Below, one piece after another: positions 13,600 through 26,640 of a DNA stretch of 64,000 nucleotides. Both the position numbers and the translations under genes were made by a program. The stretch covers positions 10,478,001-10,542,000 of the forward strand of contig JAGIQG010000016.1 of the NCBI GenBank assembly GCA_024679065.1, in the 5' to 3' direction. Below the pieces are notes generated by a model. That model was not told the origin of the DNA. It saw nothing but the letters and a program-made list of their open reading frames with translations, and ran no database searches. How positions within the stretch are numbered: the first letter of the stretch is position 1; the number at the start of each line of letters is the position of its first letter. This stretch comes from Sphyrna mokarran. Taxonomy: Eukaryota.

Positions 13600-14102
13600 G
13601 ACAGGTGGTGCGAGGGCTGCTCTTAGATGTTGCCTCGAGAGTTGCCTAGTACTTCACGCCTGTTAGTGTACGCTAAAACTGGATGAATTGACGGGCAACG
13701 CGACAGCTCAGTGACTATCACCGTTTGCTGTGCAGTTACAGGGACTCGGGTCGGATCTCCGGCTTGGGTTAATGTCTGTGGGAGTCTGCACATTTTCCAC
13801 GTTCTTGCGTGGGTTTGTCCGGGTGCTCCGGTTTACACTCACAACCTAAAAACGAATTTTATGGGCTGATTGTTGTCAATAAATTGGCCGTAAATTGGAT
13901 TCCCTTTAATTTGGAGCACACATAATTCCCTAAATTTGCATTCCTTTATTGTGGAGTCCACTAGAAGTAGACAAAACCGTCGTCGGTCGAATAAAGACTT
14001 GAATAAGATACTCACGAAGTGTTAAAATGGACGGCAAGACCTTGGAGGGCTGAAGGGCCTGTTTCCTGTTCTGTGTTGTTCTTTGTTCTTTGTCCCTTGT
14101 CC
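13600..14102 (+). mobile_element. 3' part of SINE-containing CR1 subfamily (copy A)
   Basis: ctagtacttcacg..ttagtgtac segment, V-SINE body and gaagggcctgtttc..(gttcttt)n tail; homologous to 14620-15334 and 33617-34565. Confidence 0.8.
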
Positions 14103-14327
14103 TTTATTTGACACTTTTTTTCTCTTTTTCCGTTGAAATGTACGCCAGTTACATTTACTTAAAACAAGTCGTAACTGTGTTATCAGCCATGATACAATTT
14201 TTATTTCACAAGACTTAAAATGCCAACTATTTCATTAATAACAATGACATACGGGGAAATTTGCTGTTGTTGAAAGTTAGTAACATCTGGCTGAACACAT
14301 CATACGTTTGGCCACACGATGTTCACT

Positions 14328-16100
14328 TCATTCGGATTTATAAATGTCATAATTAAAGTAAAATAATTGCCATTGCAGAGCAGATCAACCCAGATAGCAG
14401 CGCGAATCTAGTAAATTGTCATTTTTGGCCGACATTTCAATATTTTGCAATATCACTCTTGCAGATAAATGCAGTTTGTGGCATGATCTGTATCATCATT
14501 CAACTGTCCATTTCTGATACAAAACTGAATGATTCAGCTTCAATATCAAACTGGTTGCATTGAAAATTTCCAGGAACAGGATTGTATTGTAGGCGCGGCG
14601 AGATACAAGGCAGACGAATCCAGAAAGAACAAGGAGCAAAGAAAAAAGAATAAAACAGCACGGGAAACAGGCCCTTCGACCCAACAAGCCCGCGCCGCCA
14701 CCCCGATGTTCCCACCTCTACCCGCGATCCCTGTCCATGTTTATAGATCTATGGATTAAAAACCAAATTTGAGACAATTTAGGGAGAATTTGTTTTGCCA
14801 ATTAGCCTAAGAGCACATCTTTGGGATGTTGGAGGAAACCGGAGCACCCGGAGAAAACCCACGCAAGCACAGGGAGAATGCGCAAACTCCCACAGACACA
14901 GGCCCAAATCCATGTATCTGCACAGCACAGCAATAGTCACTGAGCTGCCGTGTTGCCCATCAAATGGTCCAGGTCAAGCGTACACTAACGACGTGAAGCA
15001 CTAGGATACTCTCGAAAAAGATGCAAGAGCAGCTCTCTCACGATCCATCGCGTGTATGCCTCTCGTTAGACAAGGTGAACAAAAGCACCTGTAGGAAAAA
15101 AACAAATACATCAATATCATCATCTATTTACACACTTCCCAGGGAATCCCAAGGCTCGTGATCGTTATTTTATATCAGTTTCTATACCCCTCCATTCCCA
15201 TTCTTTTCATCTGTCCATGTAAGTATTTCTTAAATAACTCCAGAGTACCTGCCTCCACCACTTTACTTAGCAGCGCATTTCATACCCCCACCCACCCTCT
15301 GTGTGTAAAATTCCCTCTTGCATCCAAATTATACTTAAAGAGTGCTTCGTTTTCATAACGTTTGCTGGTATTTGTCTATGTTAACATTTCATATCGCTTT
15401 ATATTTAACATTCCGTGTTTCGTACTCATTTAAGCAGCTATTTGGTAAATCAGCTTGGGAAATAGATTCCTCAAAATGACTTACACGTTACATATTAGAG
15501 AGAGAGAGACAGAGAGAGAGACAGAGAGATTCATTCCAAAGATAGTTTAGGACATTTAAATTCCAAACATCAAGGCAGCTTATTGGAATATTCACGCAGA
15601 ACATGTCAGTCATTGTAGATAGAAAAAGGTGGAACAAAATTGCAGATTAAATCTGTTGTCCAAACCTGTGTGTTTTAAATTATCTAGCGAATAAATGCAC
15701 AGCGTCGGTTTTAAATACCTGAAAACAAGTTCCGTTATGCTTCATCCGTTTAACCAACAGTAAATATTTGCAATATATAAACCAAATACTCCCTATTTGT
15801 TCCTTGACTGAATGTAAGTTTGATTACCACTCACACTTAAAACCTGGCAAAGATCTTGCTGTGATATGAAATCAGTTAATTGTCCTCTTCTTCCAGAAGT
15901 TTCCCCTCTTTGTGAGCTTGGCCCACGGATTACTCACACTGTCGTTATGAACGAGCTCCTTTTTTTTGTAACCAGATTTAAGCCTCCAATAGTTCAGCGA
16001 CTGAATTATCAGTACACCAATTACATGTTTTCTTTTTCGACTAGGCTACTCAGATTTATCACTTCAGGCCTCATGATCTCTCGACTGCTTAAGTCAATTT
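14328..16100 (-). pseudogene. TCR alpha/delta-like mini-cassette relic #7, split by CR1
   Basis: V ~15840-16100 (LNYWRLKSG..ELV, QLTDF); J 15785-15831 SGN.KLTFSQGT after AAGTGTG; C from 15718 (KP.AVHL, TDF, VTC); CP ~14521-14586 PGNFQCNQFDIEAESFS; TM DNLL..YLG*..FTLIMTF. Confidence 0.7.
14620..15334 (-). mobile_element. SINE-containing CR1 subfamily (copy B, 5' truncated)
   Basis: Colinear with 33617-34326 over ~700 bp; CR1 ORF2 end plus unique UTR plus V-SINE plus tail. Confidence 0.9.
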
Positions 16101-16129
16101 TATTGACATAATATGATACAATTCTGCAT

Positions 16130-16415
16130 CGCAGAACGAGGGCACTTGTGCCACCGAGCCATCATAATCCCACTCAGGGATCAGCTCACAGCCCTATGAA
16201 CCCATCGACCTAGTTCTCCCGACCGAAACGAGTAATTTAGCATCGCCAATCAACATAACGCGAACATTTCGGTTTGTGGGAGCTCCGGAGGAAACCCAGT
16301 CAGAAAAGGGGAGAATGTGCAAACTGCACACATACAGTGATCCAAGTCGGAAATTGAACGCGGGGCCCTGACACTGTCAGATAACAGTGCTAAACGCTGT
16401 GTCACCGTGCCACCA
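16130..16415 (-). mobile_element. V-SINE (HE1-like)
   Basis: ggaggaaaccca..ggggagaatgtgcaaact..cagtgctaa..caccgtgcc. Confidence 0.85.
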
Positions 16416-16435
16416 TGAGAAACAAAAGCTCCTAA

Positions 16436-16690
16436 AAATTTGTTAGATCTTATTCCTGCCAACGTCAAACTGTTGAATCTGACATATTTGGCGTTTCAAT
16501 TGTGGCAAAATAGAGTTTTAACTTTTATCTGCTAAACGACCTCCAACAAGCATTTTTTTTTTGTTAAACTTGTTTTTTTTTCAATATGCCGGGGTTTCCT
16601 TGTGGTCAGTTATCAGGAGTTTGCCAAAGAGCACAAGGTGTCAGATTCAACAGCTTGTCCTTGGCAGTGGTGAGTTCTGCACAGATTGTT
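16436..16690. repeat. Old imperfect inverted repeat (MITE-like)
   Basis: ctgccaa..ctgttgaatctgaca (~16456-16484) pairs with tgtcagattcaacag..ttggcag (~16639-16667). Confidence 0.6.
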
Positions 16691-16882
16691 GGAAATAGGA
16701 TTCCTTATCAGGGTAGCGTTATGTTACAAAAATAGGCAGTTAAGTGTTTAGAAAGATGACAGCTGTTCTGCTGAATCCGAACAGAGTTATGAAATCATGT
16801 TCACAGAACATCAGAGGTACCTCAATTATATTCTTGCCTCGACATAATGAGATTTTGAAAAATAAATGAAGCATTGCTGCCC

Positions 16883-18410
16883 TTAATTGTCATTCCGAAT
16901 ACGTTGGAATTTCCAGAACATTGTTTGGTAATGGAATAACACTCGCAAATAATGCAAAAGACGGTCCTGCTACGATGTACGTTAACTATCATCTGCTGAA
17001 TTAAATACTGGAGATAAAAGGAACTCAACTAATCACATGAGATTTTATATGTTAACGCCTCATATGGGCATGTTGATAATCTTGCTACCTGTTTACTTCC
17101 ATTTAATGAAACCCAGGGACGTGTACATTAAGACACGTAGGATTGTTGAATGAATTAAATCGTGCTTTTAAGATTGAGATTTTTTTGGAGAAGATTGCCA
17201 ATTTATATATGTCCAAATGCAGATTATGTTTTCTTTCCCATATAATATCATCCGCATGTGAATGAGATTTACCAACTTTTGCAGTCTGATAGGTTTTCTG
17301 TTTCCCAGATAAAACAAACAAACATAGAATCAACACACTAAAAAATGAAAACTAGAAAGGCCAAAAGATATGTTTTCCTATCAGATAGAGAATAATAATA
17401 ATAAAAAGACTTGAAACAGATTACCAGATCCACAGAAATTGTTGTAGACATGAACAAGTGAGAACAAGGAAATTCTGTGCGAAACAAAAACACACAGTTT
17501 CAAAAGAAACAGTGAAAATTACATTTGTCCAATTGATGGCGCGGAGAATGAGCAAGGAGTAGGGTCGCAACAAATGTAATATTGTCTGAAGTTAAACTTG
17601 AGGGACAAAAACATTTTTTTAAACATCAGGGTTAATACGAATATTCAGAATGTCAGAATCGCACTTGCGTCAGAAATCGGTAACTGTGTGCTGTGGCCTG
17701 CGGAAATATAGCTTTCTCTGGCACACCTTGTTATATGAGGGAATCTGGCGATGTGAAAGTTTGGAAATGCACGGCCAGAAAGCGTTATTTTAAAATTGTG
17801 GCTGATCAGTTCACAAACATTTTGAGCTTTGTTACTTGATAAAAAGTTAGGAAGAATTTGGCGTAAAAATAGAGTTGTATTGAGTGCGATCTGTCAGTGA
17901 GAGACAGTTTTCTGGTAGTTGTTCTTCAGAGATCCTTAGCATCTACTCTGGCTTGTATCTTTCGCTCATTCTCAGTGTTTTGCCTGGATGCAGGTCGCAT
18001 ATTTATTTACACAAACTAAGTTGTGCGTGCCAAATGTAAAGTATCTATTTGATGCAGTATTGTCCATAGTCCATCTATGTGCCACATGTTAAATCCCCCA
18101 TGATTCACCCATCTCACACTTTGTCCTATATAACACGTTATGTTTGTTCAGCTGGCATCTTTAGCTCAATATAGTTGCGATTATGGAACAGGACAACGCG
18201 GGCATACCACGCCTTCGTGAGTATTAACTCCTGCAAAGACATTGACGTTGTGCCAGATCCTCAACGAAAGTTTGACATGAATATCCTCATATGTGAAGAC
18301 GAATTTTAGCAGAGAATTCTCTCTTAGGTAGAAGAGAACTTACTGACTTCTAACGGCTTGAAGAAAACTTCACACCTCCATATAGACGAAAAGAAAATTA
18401 GAACATATAT
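16883..18410 (-). pseudogene. TCR beta/gamma-like mini-cassette relic #8
   Basis: Leader donor GTAAGT (exon end 18344); V from 18230 GVNT..NITC..NMWH..LSLT..LYFYAK; J 17669-17721 KLYF.AG..TQL; C 17273-17585 (AG/GT) DN..LRP..LIL.APS..TVC..ISV.W; micro-CP PTCL; TM 16883-17007 YLIQQM..LTYIV..LFASVI..TMFWKFQ. Confidence 0.75.
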
Positions 18411-18519
18411 CGTCGTCTGCTATGGAAAACATTTATAGGCAAATGTAAAACTTTAAGTTATAAATGTACAATCGGGCATATGGAGTGCATTTTTGTTCAG
18501 ATAATCCAATTCAACTTCG

Positions 18520-20067
18520 TTCTTGTCAGATTCGAAAAGCTGTGTCTACCAAATGCCACGATTTTATGACTATGAGTGAGGGAGAACACACCACAGATTT
18601 ATTTGAATACGTATCTGCTGTTCATGGTTTCGCTTCGGTTCTCATTAAAAAGCAACAACTGAAATAGGCAATGTTTCAAATCCAATGGGCTGCTGCGTCT
18701 TCAAGGAAGCATTCTTCAGATCATAAACATGAGAACTAGTCAATAGAAAAGTATTCTACCTGATATGAGCTGCACAACCATACTCACCATTTGTTCATGA
18801 TTCTTTGAAAATGATTGCCCTTATAGTTACATTCATTGAGAGTCACTCACTTTATAAGTGACAGCTCGAGACAATCAGCACACTTTGCATACTCTGCTGC
18901 ACAGTTTCCCTAAATGGATGATGCCACGCACGAATGATGACGCCACCTGGCCTCTTCTCTCTCGGCATCTTGACTTTTCATCAGTGGTATTTGGATTGTG
19001 CCTCTATTTTCCTTACATTGCAAGCCCCATTTACACGTGTTGTTACCAATCCTTGCAATGATGCGGTGAGAACTGACTTTTGCTTCGTTGATAGCGATTC
19101 CAATTAAAAATTCTACCAGATGACTAGACATAGCAAGGAATCGTAGAAAATCAAAATACACTGCAGGTGTAAAAGTAATATTTAACTCCTGAAGAAAAGT
19201 TATAAAGCGTGAGTTTAAAATAAACCCTATATACTTCGCCGACTTGAACAAAAACTGAAATATTTGCCATAAGTTTCATTCGACTGAAAAAAAAACTAGA
19301 ATACTCATTCATCGTGATTAGAGGGTACAGTTTTCATTCAAAAATGCATGCAGGGTGATTGCATGACATGTATGTACACAGAGAACTCAAAAGCTTGGAG
19401 AGTATACTGCACGAACACTCATCAGTATCAAAATTGCTTTCTGATGAATTTGAAGAGAAGGAAAACCAGGAACGACTGGACGAACAGTTTTTCCGTCTTG
19501 TGGCTGGTTCAAAATTCTGAATGACCCTCTCTTTATATTTTTCATTCCTGCATCATGTTGATTGCAAGCGCTGCAGAAAACTGTTCACTAGTACATTCTC
19601 AACGACATTTATTTTTAAGGAAAATTAGCGGTAGCCGAGCCTACCACGACCTGATCCTACAATTGTCGTTTGAGGTCACACATGGCAGGCTCACTGTATA
19701 GTATGATGCAACTCGATACAAAGATCAATCTCTCTGAGTTTTCACGTCCGGCTTCCATGCAACAGTGCACTGCTCTTCTTTTCGGGGATCTGCAAATGCA
19801 ACATTACATATCCATATTGTTCTATGTAGAACTCAATTAATGCCTTGTAAAACGTAGGTGAACAATTGAACTCTTTTAACAGACATTTCTTCGGAGCCTC
19901 ACTTGGAGCAGAACATTCTGGTCTATTTCCTGAAACACTGAACAGTGGAAAAGGACACGTTTCCGTGTAACAGTCTGAACAGTCGTCAATACATTACCAA
20001 AGACAATGTTAGAATCGACCAGCGTTCAATGCCAAACCAGAGGCAGGAAAAGTAAGGCCATATACAT
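18520..20067 (-). pseudogene. TCR beta/gamma-like mini-cassette relic #9
   Basis: Leader 19998-20067 MYMALLFLPLVW (phase-1 donor); V from 19937; J ~19486-19530 QNFEPATR (cf. QYFGPGTR); C from 19283 ANISVF..KLTL..FY.P..SSHRIIARI..KW.LQCK; TM from 18658 TADTY..KSVV..SW. Confidence 0.7.
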
Positions 20068-20191
20068 TCTACTGTATTCAACTTAAGCTGTCCAGTAAAT
20101 GCAAAGATGCGAAAAGACAGTAAATGAAGCTGCCCTTGAGAGCTGCTGAACTTCGGATGACAGCCGAAATTCAGAAATAAATTCGTTTTAC

Positions 20192-21358
20192 CTGCTTTTG
20201 CACGCGCATACATAATTATATCTTTAAAAATGAAAATATCAGTCGGCATTGTCAAGTAGAGAGCATCTGAAAATGACCTGTCAAAACATGGCAGCTAAAA
20301 ACGTTTTTATAAAGACTAAATTAATGGCGGAATGGAATATGTGTTACTTTGCCTGATGACTTTCGGAACGTGTTAGAGTCCAAAAAAATTCTGGTTCTTG
20401 GTCTCTGAATCTCTACGTGCGGACAGGGATCAGAATGATTGAGCAAAAAAAAAAACTGAAATACGCAAAATGCAAAGCTGCAAGGCACTTAATTTCATTC
20501 AAAATTGCACGTTTCGTCTAAGCATTTTGCAGAAAAAAATCCGTCGTTCAGCGTTCAAACCATTTCGCCGTGTTACTCTAAGAAATTGCCCAAGTGAGTT
20601 CGCTTTGTCATTATTAAACTGTGAAACTGCAACTATGAAAAGTGGGGTAAGTGAAATATTATTTTGGAGGGCCGATCAGTAACGTAATTTTTTGTTTTCT
20701 CATTCAAAAATATCAAAGTGAGGCAAAGCGAGTGTTAACAAATCTATGGAAGTTCCTTTAAAATGTAAACGCGGGGATCATTCTCCTTGGAAGATGGTGA
20801 AAGCAGTGAACTTCAGAGGAAAATCACAAGGTCTACGCACATAATTCAATTCCTGACATTTTTAGTAAGGAAATGTAACAACAATATTAGCAGCGATTTT
20901 GGTCTTTTGCAATGTGCTTTCATATTGCATAATCAATATGGGAAAAAAGTTCTCATATATTCATAACGTTTTTATTTTCCTCGACGGGGACGAAGTTAAA
21001 GAAGGACCTGCACGCTTGTACGCTAAAGGAAATGACTTAATCAGCAGTAAGTATAGAGATGATTTTGTTGTCTGAAACAAATTTGGTGAACATTTCGATG
21101 GCATGGAAACTCAGGAGCCATTCTATTAAGCGTAGTTTGCCTCATCTAACGCAAATAATCTATATGCTACTGAATATGAATTGCACACTGAGTCCGCTTT
21201 CGATTTAATAGTGCACACATACAAAAAATGTTAAATGCTAATTGAAATAGAAATCACCTTCTCGGAATTGAAACACATATCCAGACAGCAGTGTGTCTAA
21301 ATGCATTCCTCTGTTCATTATTGACCAGTTGGTCAAAACGGAACTGTCACATTTAAGA

Positions 21359-21391
<33 letters not shown>

Positions 21392-21860
21392 AAGACTTTC
21401 CTTGAAGAGAAATGCTTGGAGATCTTTGCCATGGACACCAATGCCACCACATGTCGATTGACCTCTATCTGCTGCTTTAAGAAATGTGAGCAGATAAGTT
21501 CCAAACAAAGAACAAGTAGTGAAACCATTTTTGAATCTTCATAAGAGCGAAGACCGTTGAAAAATTTCATATCATGTTACACAAATTTAATTTGAGTCGC
21601 GATGAATGTCACCGGTAAACTCCAAGCAATAAGTGAACTCGGATACGACACATATACTAACAGGAGAACTGTGAATGAAGACAATATGAACAGAGTAACA
21701 TATTTAAATAAATATGATACATGAATACTTTGACGCATTTAAGTATGCGTTTTGAATTTTCAAAATGAATTTTGTCTGCATTTTTAAAACAACTATACAC
21801 TTTAGCCAGAAGCCGGCTGCTGCGGGGCATCCTGGAATGAAAACTTAATAGGTAATACAT
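20192..21860 (-). pseudogene. TCR alpha/delta-like mini-cassette relic #10 (clearest alpha-type C)
   Basis: Leader from 21860; V from 21668 VSYPSSLI..PVTF..KWF..LELI..HFSS..HTAVWIC; J after CAGTGTG (21184-21190); C from 20785 ENDPRVYILKE..SLCLT..NDKANSLGQFL..FFC; CP DPCP ~20353-20430; TM 20192-20266 ALYLTM..IFIFKDIIMYARA. Confidence 0.75.
21360..21392. repeat. (CAA)n microsatellite inside a V relic
   Basis: Trinucleotide run; explains the poly-Q and poly-C ORFs. Confidence 0.95.
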
Positions 21861-21894
21861 CTTCTTTGGAAACTTGAAACCACTGAATGTCACA

Positions 21895-22925
21895 ATGTGG
21901 AGATGCAGGCGTTGAGCTTGTCAAAACATAGTAAGACGACCCATCACACCAGATTAAAGTCCAGACAAGTTTATTTGGAAGCAAAATCCAATAGCGTTCG
22001 GAGTCTTGATACTTCGTCAGGTAAGTGGGAGATTTATTCACAAACAGGGCACATAAAGACACAAACTCAATTTACAAAATAATGGTTGCAATGCGAATCT
22101 TTACAGGTAATCAAGTTTGAAAGGTACAGATAATGTGAGTGGAGAGAGTGTTAATGAGATTTTGCAAGCCCAGGACAGCTTAAGTTGAATACGCTAGAAT
22201 GTATACGGCCTTACATTCCCTGCCTCTGATTTAGTTTAGAACGTTAGAGAGATTTTGCAAACCCAGGCAATTCCTAGGACTTACAGTAAACGTGACGTGA
22301 AATCAAGACCCAGTGTGAAGCCGCCCTCATGTGTGCTGAACTTGGTTATTAGCCTCTGCTCAGTGATACTGCATTGTGGTGAGTAGTAAAGATCACCTTG
22401 GAGAACACTTATCCGAAGATTAGTGACGGCTGAAGAGTTCCACAACATGAAGAGAATACTGTTGCCAGGATTGTAACACTGCTAGGCATTCCACCTTCGA
22501 TATTTGGGTAAGTATTTTCCAGAGACGAAAATGAAGAGTGGCTGAACAGAACTGATATCCAAGTTCTGCACGCAAGAGAAAGTCCTCAAACGTGATGTTG
22601 GATACATATTGCATTATCTGTAACGGCATGAATTGTCTGGCCTCGCAACATCACACTCACTGTCCTATCTAGAGACAATACATTTCTCTTAAGTCTGTGC
22701 TTAACGCTCTCTCCACTCACATTGTTTGTACCTTTCAGATTTTATTAACCTTAAAGATTCATATTCCAATCATTATTTTGTAAGCTGAGTTTGTCTCTTT
22801 ATACGCCCTGTTTTTGAACAGAAATTCAAGTTACCTGACGAAGGGACAACGGTTCGAAAGCTATTGGATTTTGCTACTAATTAATCCTGTTGGACTTTAG
22901 CCTGGTATTATGAGACATCTTACTG
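21895..22925. mobile_element. Penelope-like element with inverted pLTR arms
   Basis: ~21943-22155 and ~22700-22915 are inverted copies; hammerhead-like CTGACGA..GAAA at 22835-22859. Confidence 0.85.
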
Positions 22926-25289
22926 TGTTTAACATTGAATGTGCACATATTTATCAACGAAAAATAGCAATAGTACTTTTTTTCCAAATCGTTATATGAA
23001 TATGACGACTGAAGTTGTGCTGCTAACAAAGTTCTTCTCAGACGTGTGAATGTCAACTGTCTGGTCCGGGCATTCACATGAATGATAATGTACGGGGACA
23101 GAAACTGATGCTTGTAGCTCAGTATCTGGGGTTGCAAAGAGGCAGGGAGAAGTGATATCGGGATTCTACAGCCTAATTACATCTCATGTTACCTTGAGGG
23201 AAAAATGCAACTGACAAAGTTGTAAGCAACTACGAACAATGGCTGATTTTTACTAATAATGAATGGTAAATGCCAACGATTGGGCAGGAGAGTTAAAACT
23301 TGATAGAAGTATATATAATCTGGTTGATGTATTTTAACTCCAGAGTCGTGTTGGTGTGATCAAGGTTTTCTTTCCTAGAATGGCATTGGACTGCCCAATA
23401 CTGACCTCTCCACCGATCTTTGGACAAATAAAGATGCGTTTAAGTGGGAACCTGACTGCATTAGTCATTTATTAGCTGAAACTTCAGAATTAATTAAGCT
23501 CGGAAAAAAAATCGAAGTAACTTTGGCGTTGCGAGGCATGTGGAAGTCACAGGAACGCGGTGGTAATATGTGTTTCGTATGAGAGGCTAAGTATGTTTTA
23601 TTGTTACCATAAGATAGGTTTGGAGAGTACATTATTAAACTATCAATGCTGTGAGTTGACATACCTCATCAAGTGTGAGCTATTACAAAAACTGTGCCAT
23701 TGTTTAAAGGAATCCCGCTTATTTGGAAGGGCGCAGAGGGGGAGGAAGGTGCGGCATGGTGGGAGGAAGGCAATAACTGGCTCCTTCAGTTGTACTGTAC
23801 TGGAAAGTGAAAACGTCGGATTGTAGACAAAGACCGGATGAGGAAAGTGAATTTAATGCATGAACCAATTCTATAGGATTGTAGAATCCTGGTATACTAC
23901 AAGAAGCAGAGGAAAAACAATGCACCAGGGATGATACAAGGTTCTGGTAACTGGCTTGAATGGTTGCCGGCTGATAACAGAGGAACTGAAGTGAAGGAAG
24001 GAGAAAAGTTAGGGGACAAAGACCACAAAAAAGCGTGACGGCAGGACCCGATGCAGAGGTCAAGTGGAGAGAGACTCAAGAGACAAACATAGAGGAAATG
24101 AAAGGGAAGCAGACTGAGAATGAGGCAGGCAGAGATAGAGAGAAGTGTCGACAAAGAGAGGGACAAAACGACGGAGTTTAACACTCTATCTTATGGAATT
24201 GATTATAGAACATCCGACGATTTGAGCAAGTTTATTTGTTTCAGTGTATTTTGCGTGGTCTGCATACCTTCGTGGTTTCTTGTCGAGTATTGCAGGTATC
24301 TACACTATATAGGGTTTAATGCCGAGTTTAAATCAATTGGGAAGTGAAACTGATTATAGTGAATTCCAAGAGTAGATATGTTCTTGAAATTCCTTAATCT
24401 TACAAATGGTGGTCATGGTTGCCTTGAAGAAAGTACAAGGATTCCACACAGATATTGTTTTCTGCCTTTAAGCAGCTGAAAATGGATAGTGCAAATATAT
24501 GAGCTGCAACAATCTCAAAACAGCTTGAAAGGTGGAACGGAAAGTTTACTTCATCAAGCTGTTGACTAGATTTTTTTCAAAGGTAAAAAACTCAAGCCTT
24601 TGTCTTTTAATAAGGACAGTTTCGTAGGAAACATGAAAAAAATGTATAACTTAATCATGAGTTGCAGAGAATTTGAAAATATGTGAGCTTCTCTTAGTTT
24701 GGTATATATAATTGAGTGTTGAGATAGTTGAACTTTTTGTGAGAATTTTCCGTTGGATGACATGGATGAAAGTTGGTTGATAGCGCCTAATATATACTGC
24801 TCATACCATTGACAATTTTTCTGTGATGGATCCTGAGTAAAGAAGTGATCCGGGATTCTGAATTCCTGCCAAGAGAAGAAACCATGATGGTCTACTGGGT
24901 TTCAGTTGAGAAGACACCTCCGACCTCTTGAGAGATGAGCAGATAAATCACCCATTCTGCCCAATAAACGATTGGTCTTCGTGCTAAAAAATTCAAAGTG
25001 ACTTCAAAACATTAAGCATTAATTTCTAGACTTTCAGTGCAGTCGATATTATCAGTCTGAACAAATGTACCGTGGAGGAGACGATCAAATGAGGAGTTAT
25101 ATCTAAAACAATGGGTCGGGATTGTGAGTTTGCATTCACCTTTATTAAACAACTTTTGTTAAAAGCACCGGTATTTGAATTCTCTGAATATGATTGGAAT
25201 TATGCTGTCAAAATGACTCAACTGCAACGTGACCAAACGGCATTATATTTGGACTGTGGAGTTGTTGTTCAATGTTAGTGAACTAAAGA

Positions 25290-26640
25290 CAAGACTGGCA
25301 GAAGTAGCTCAGCAAACAAAGCACAATTTGATGTAAATGAAAGATGAAAACATCCGATGCAAAGCGGGTCAATGGAAAAGCCTGCTTCAAAAGTAAAATA
25401 TTACTGCAGTTCGAAATGAGGGAAATGATTCATTAAATTAAATGAATGTCGAAGGAATGGAACAGGATGATTGTACAGATGGAAATGCAGAAGGGAAAGG
25501 GTTAATAGAGGAAACTTTGTAAGAAAGTCGATAGTTAAATAATATCTAAAAGAGTAAGCTATTTCTATTTCATGAATAATTGTGATAAAATGGTTACCGA
25601 ATCGATTGTAAGGGAGAAGGAAATAATTAAAAACAACTAAAGTGGCAGTTATTAATGAAGGTTTGTTATTTAATAGCTAAGATAAGGCATCAATGGGCAT
25701 TTCAAAATCAACAGCAGCGATCCTTCTGAATTTGGAACTCTTCTGGCATAGATCAATGTGTGGTTAGAAAGCTACGAGAAAAATACTGCTATGTAAGAGA
25801 AGAACAAATAATTTAAGTCGGTCAATGCTTGGAATCAAATGGGGAAGTTTGGATTCTGAGTGAAACATGTTATAGACCAGACTGAATAAAATTCAATACT
25901 TAAGAAGATCGGAATTGGAATTGAAACAACGAAAGGGCTCGCAACGGACAGAAGTTGAGGGACAAACAGGAAAGGCCGCCATTTTTTGATCTAAATCAAA
26001 CAACTTCAAAAGCTCCCCGTTAGATTTATCGAATCTCCCGAAGACATTCTACATGAGAATTATGGAACGCAAGCCGCTGCAGTGGTCCGACGATATGGAG
26101 AGAGTTTAAGACTAGTGGGATATTACTCCGCTGGAAAACATTTGGCCGCCAGAGGTTTGCTTTGATATGAAAAAGCATGAACTTATGCTTCGTGGGCAGA
26201 CCTGTTTCAGACTTTCTTACAACTATGGGATTAAAAAAAAAACATTACTCCAATTAATCGTTCAGCTCCTGGGGACTGGGATGGTGGGGAAGTGGCGTTC
26301 TGATGGAAGACGTTGAAATCGGAAGACATGAGACAGGCATGTAGAATTCACGGAGGTGCAAGAGAACATTGTGCGGGGGAACTGACAGTACAATGAATAG
26401 AGCATCAATGTGTTGCACAAATGATCGACGGAGCAAGTGAAGTTTAGCAGAATAGCTACTTTACCAGAAGGGGTAATTAAACTTTACTTAGATGAGCTCT
26501 GATTATATGGTAGGGAACATTCCGCACTTAATAGGCAGTGGCGTCATAAAAAAAAATAGTAGATATGAGCGGCACGAGGCCATTTGGCCCTTCGAGTCTG
26601 CCACACTGTTCATGGCTGATCTCCAATTTCATGCCAGAAA
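25290..26640. mobile_element. Old Penelope-like/CR1 fragments inserted in ERV pol
   Basis: Interrupts RT-RNaseH colinearity; CR1 tail ggccatttggcccttcgag at ~26575. Confidence 0.5.

Noticed and set aside
18788-18836. 49-nt leader-like exon with GTGAGT donor
   Set aside because: Lies between the C and TM exons of #9; contains a stop and no V follows. The donor probably belongs to the CP exon.
19986-20255. ORF resembling a single pre-joined VJ domain
   Set aside because: Better explained as the TM exon of #10 plus the leader exon of #9 in another frame.
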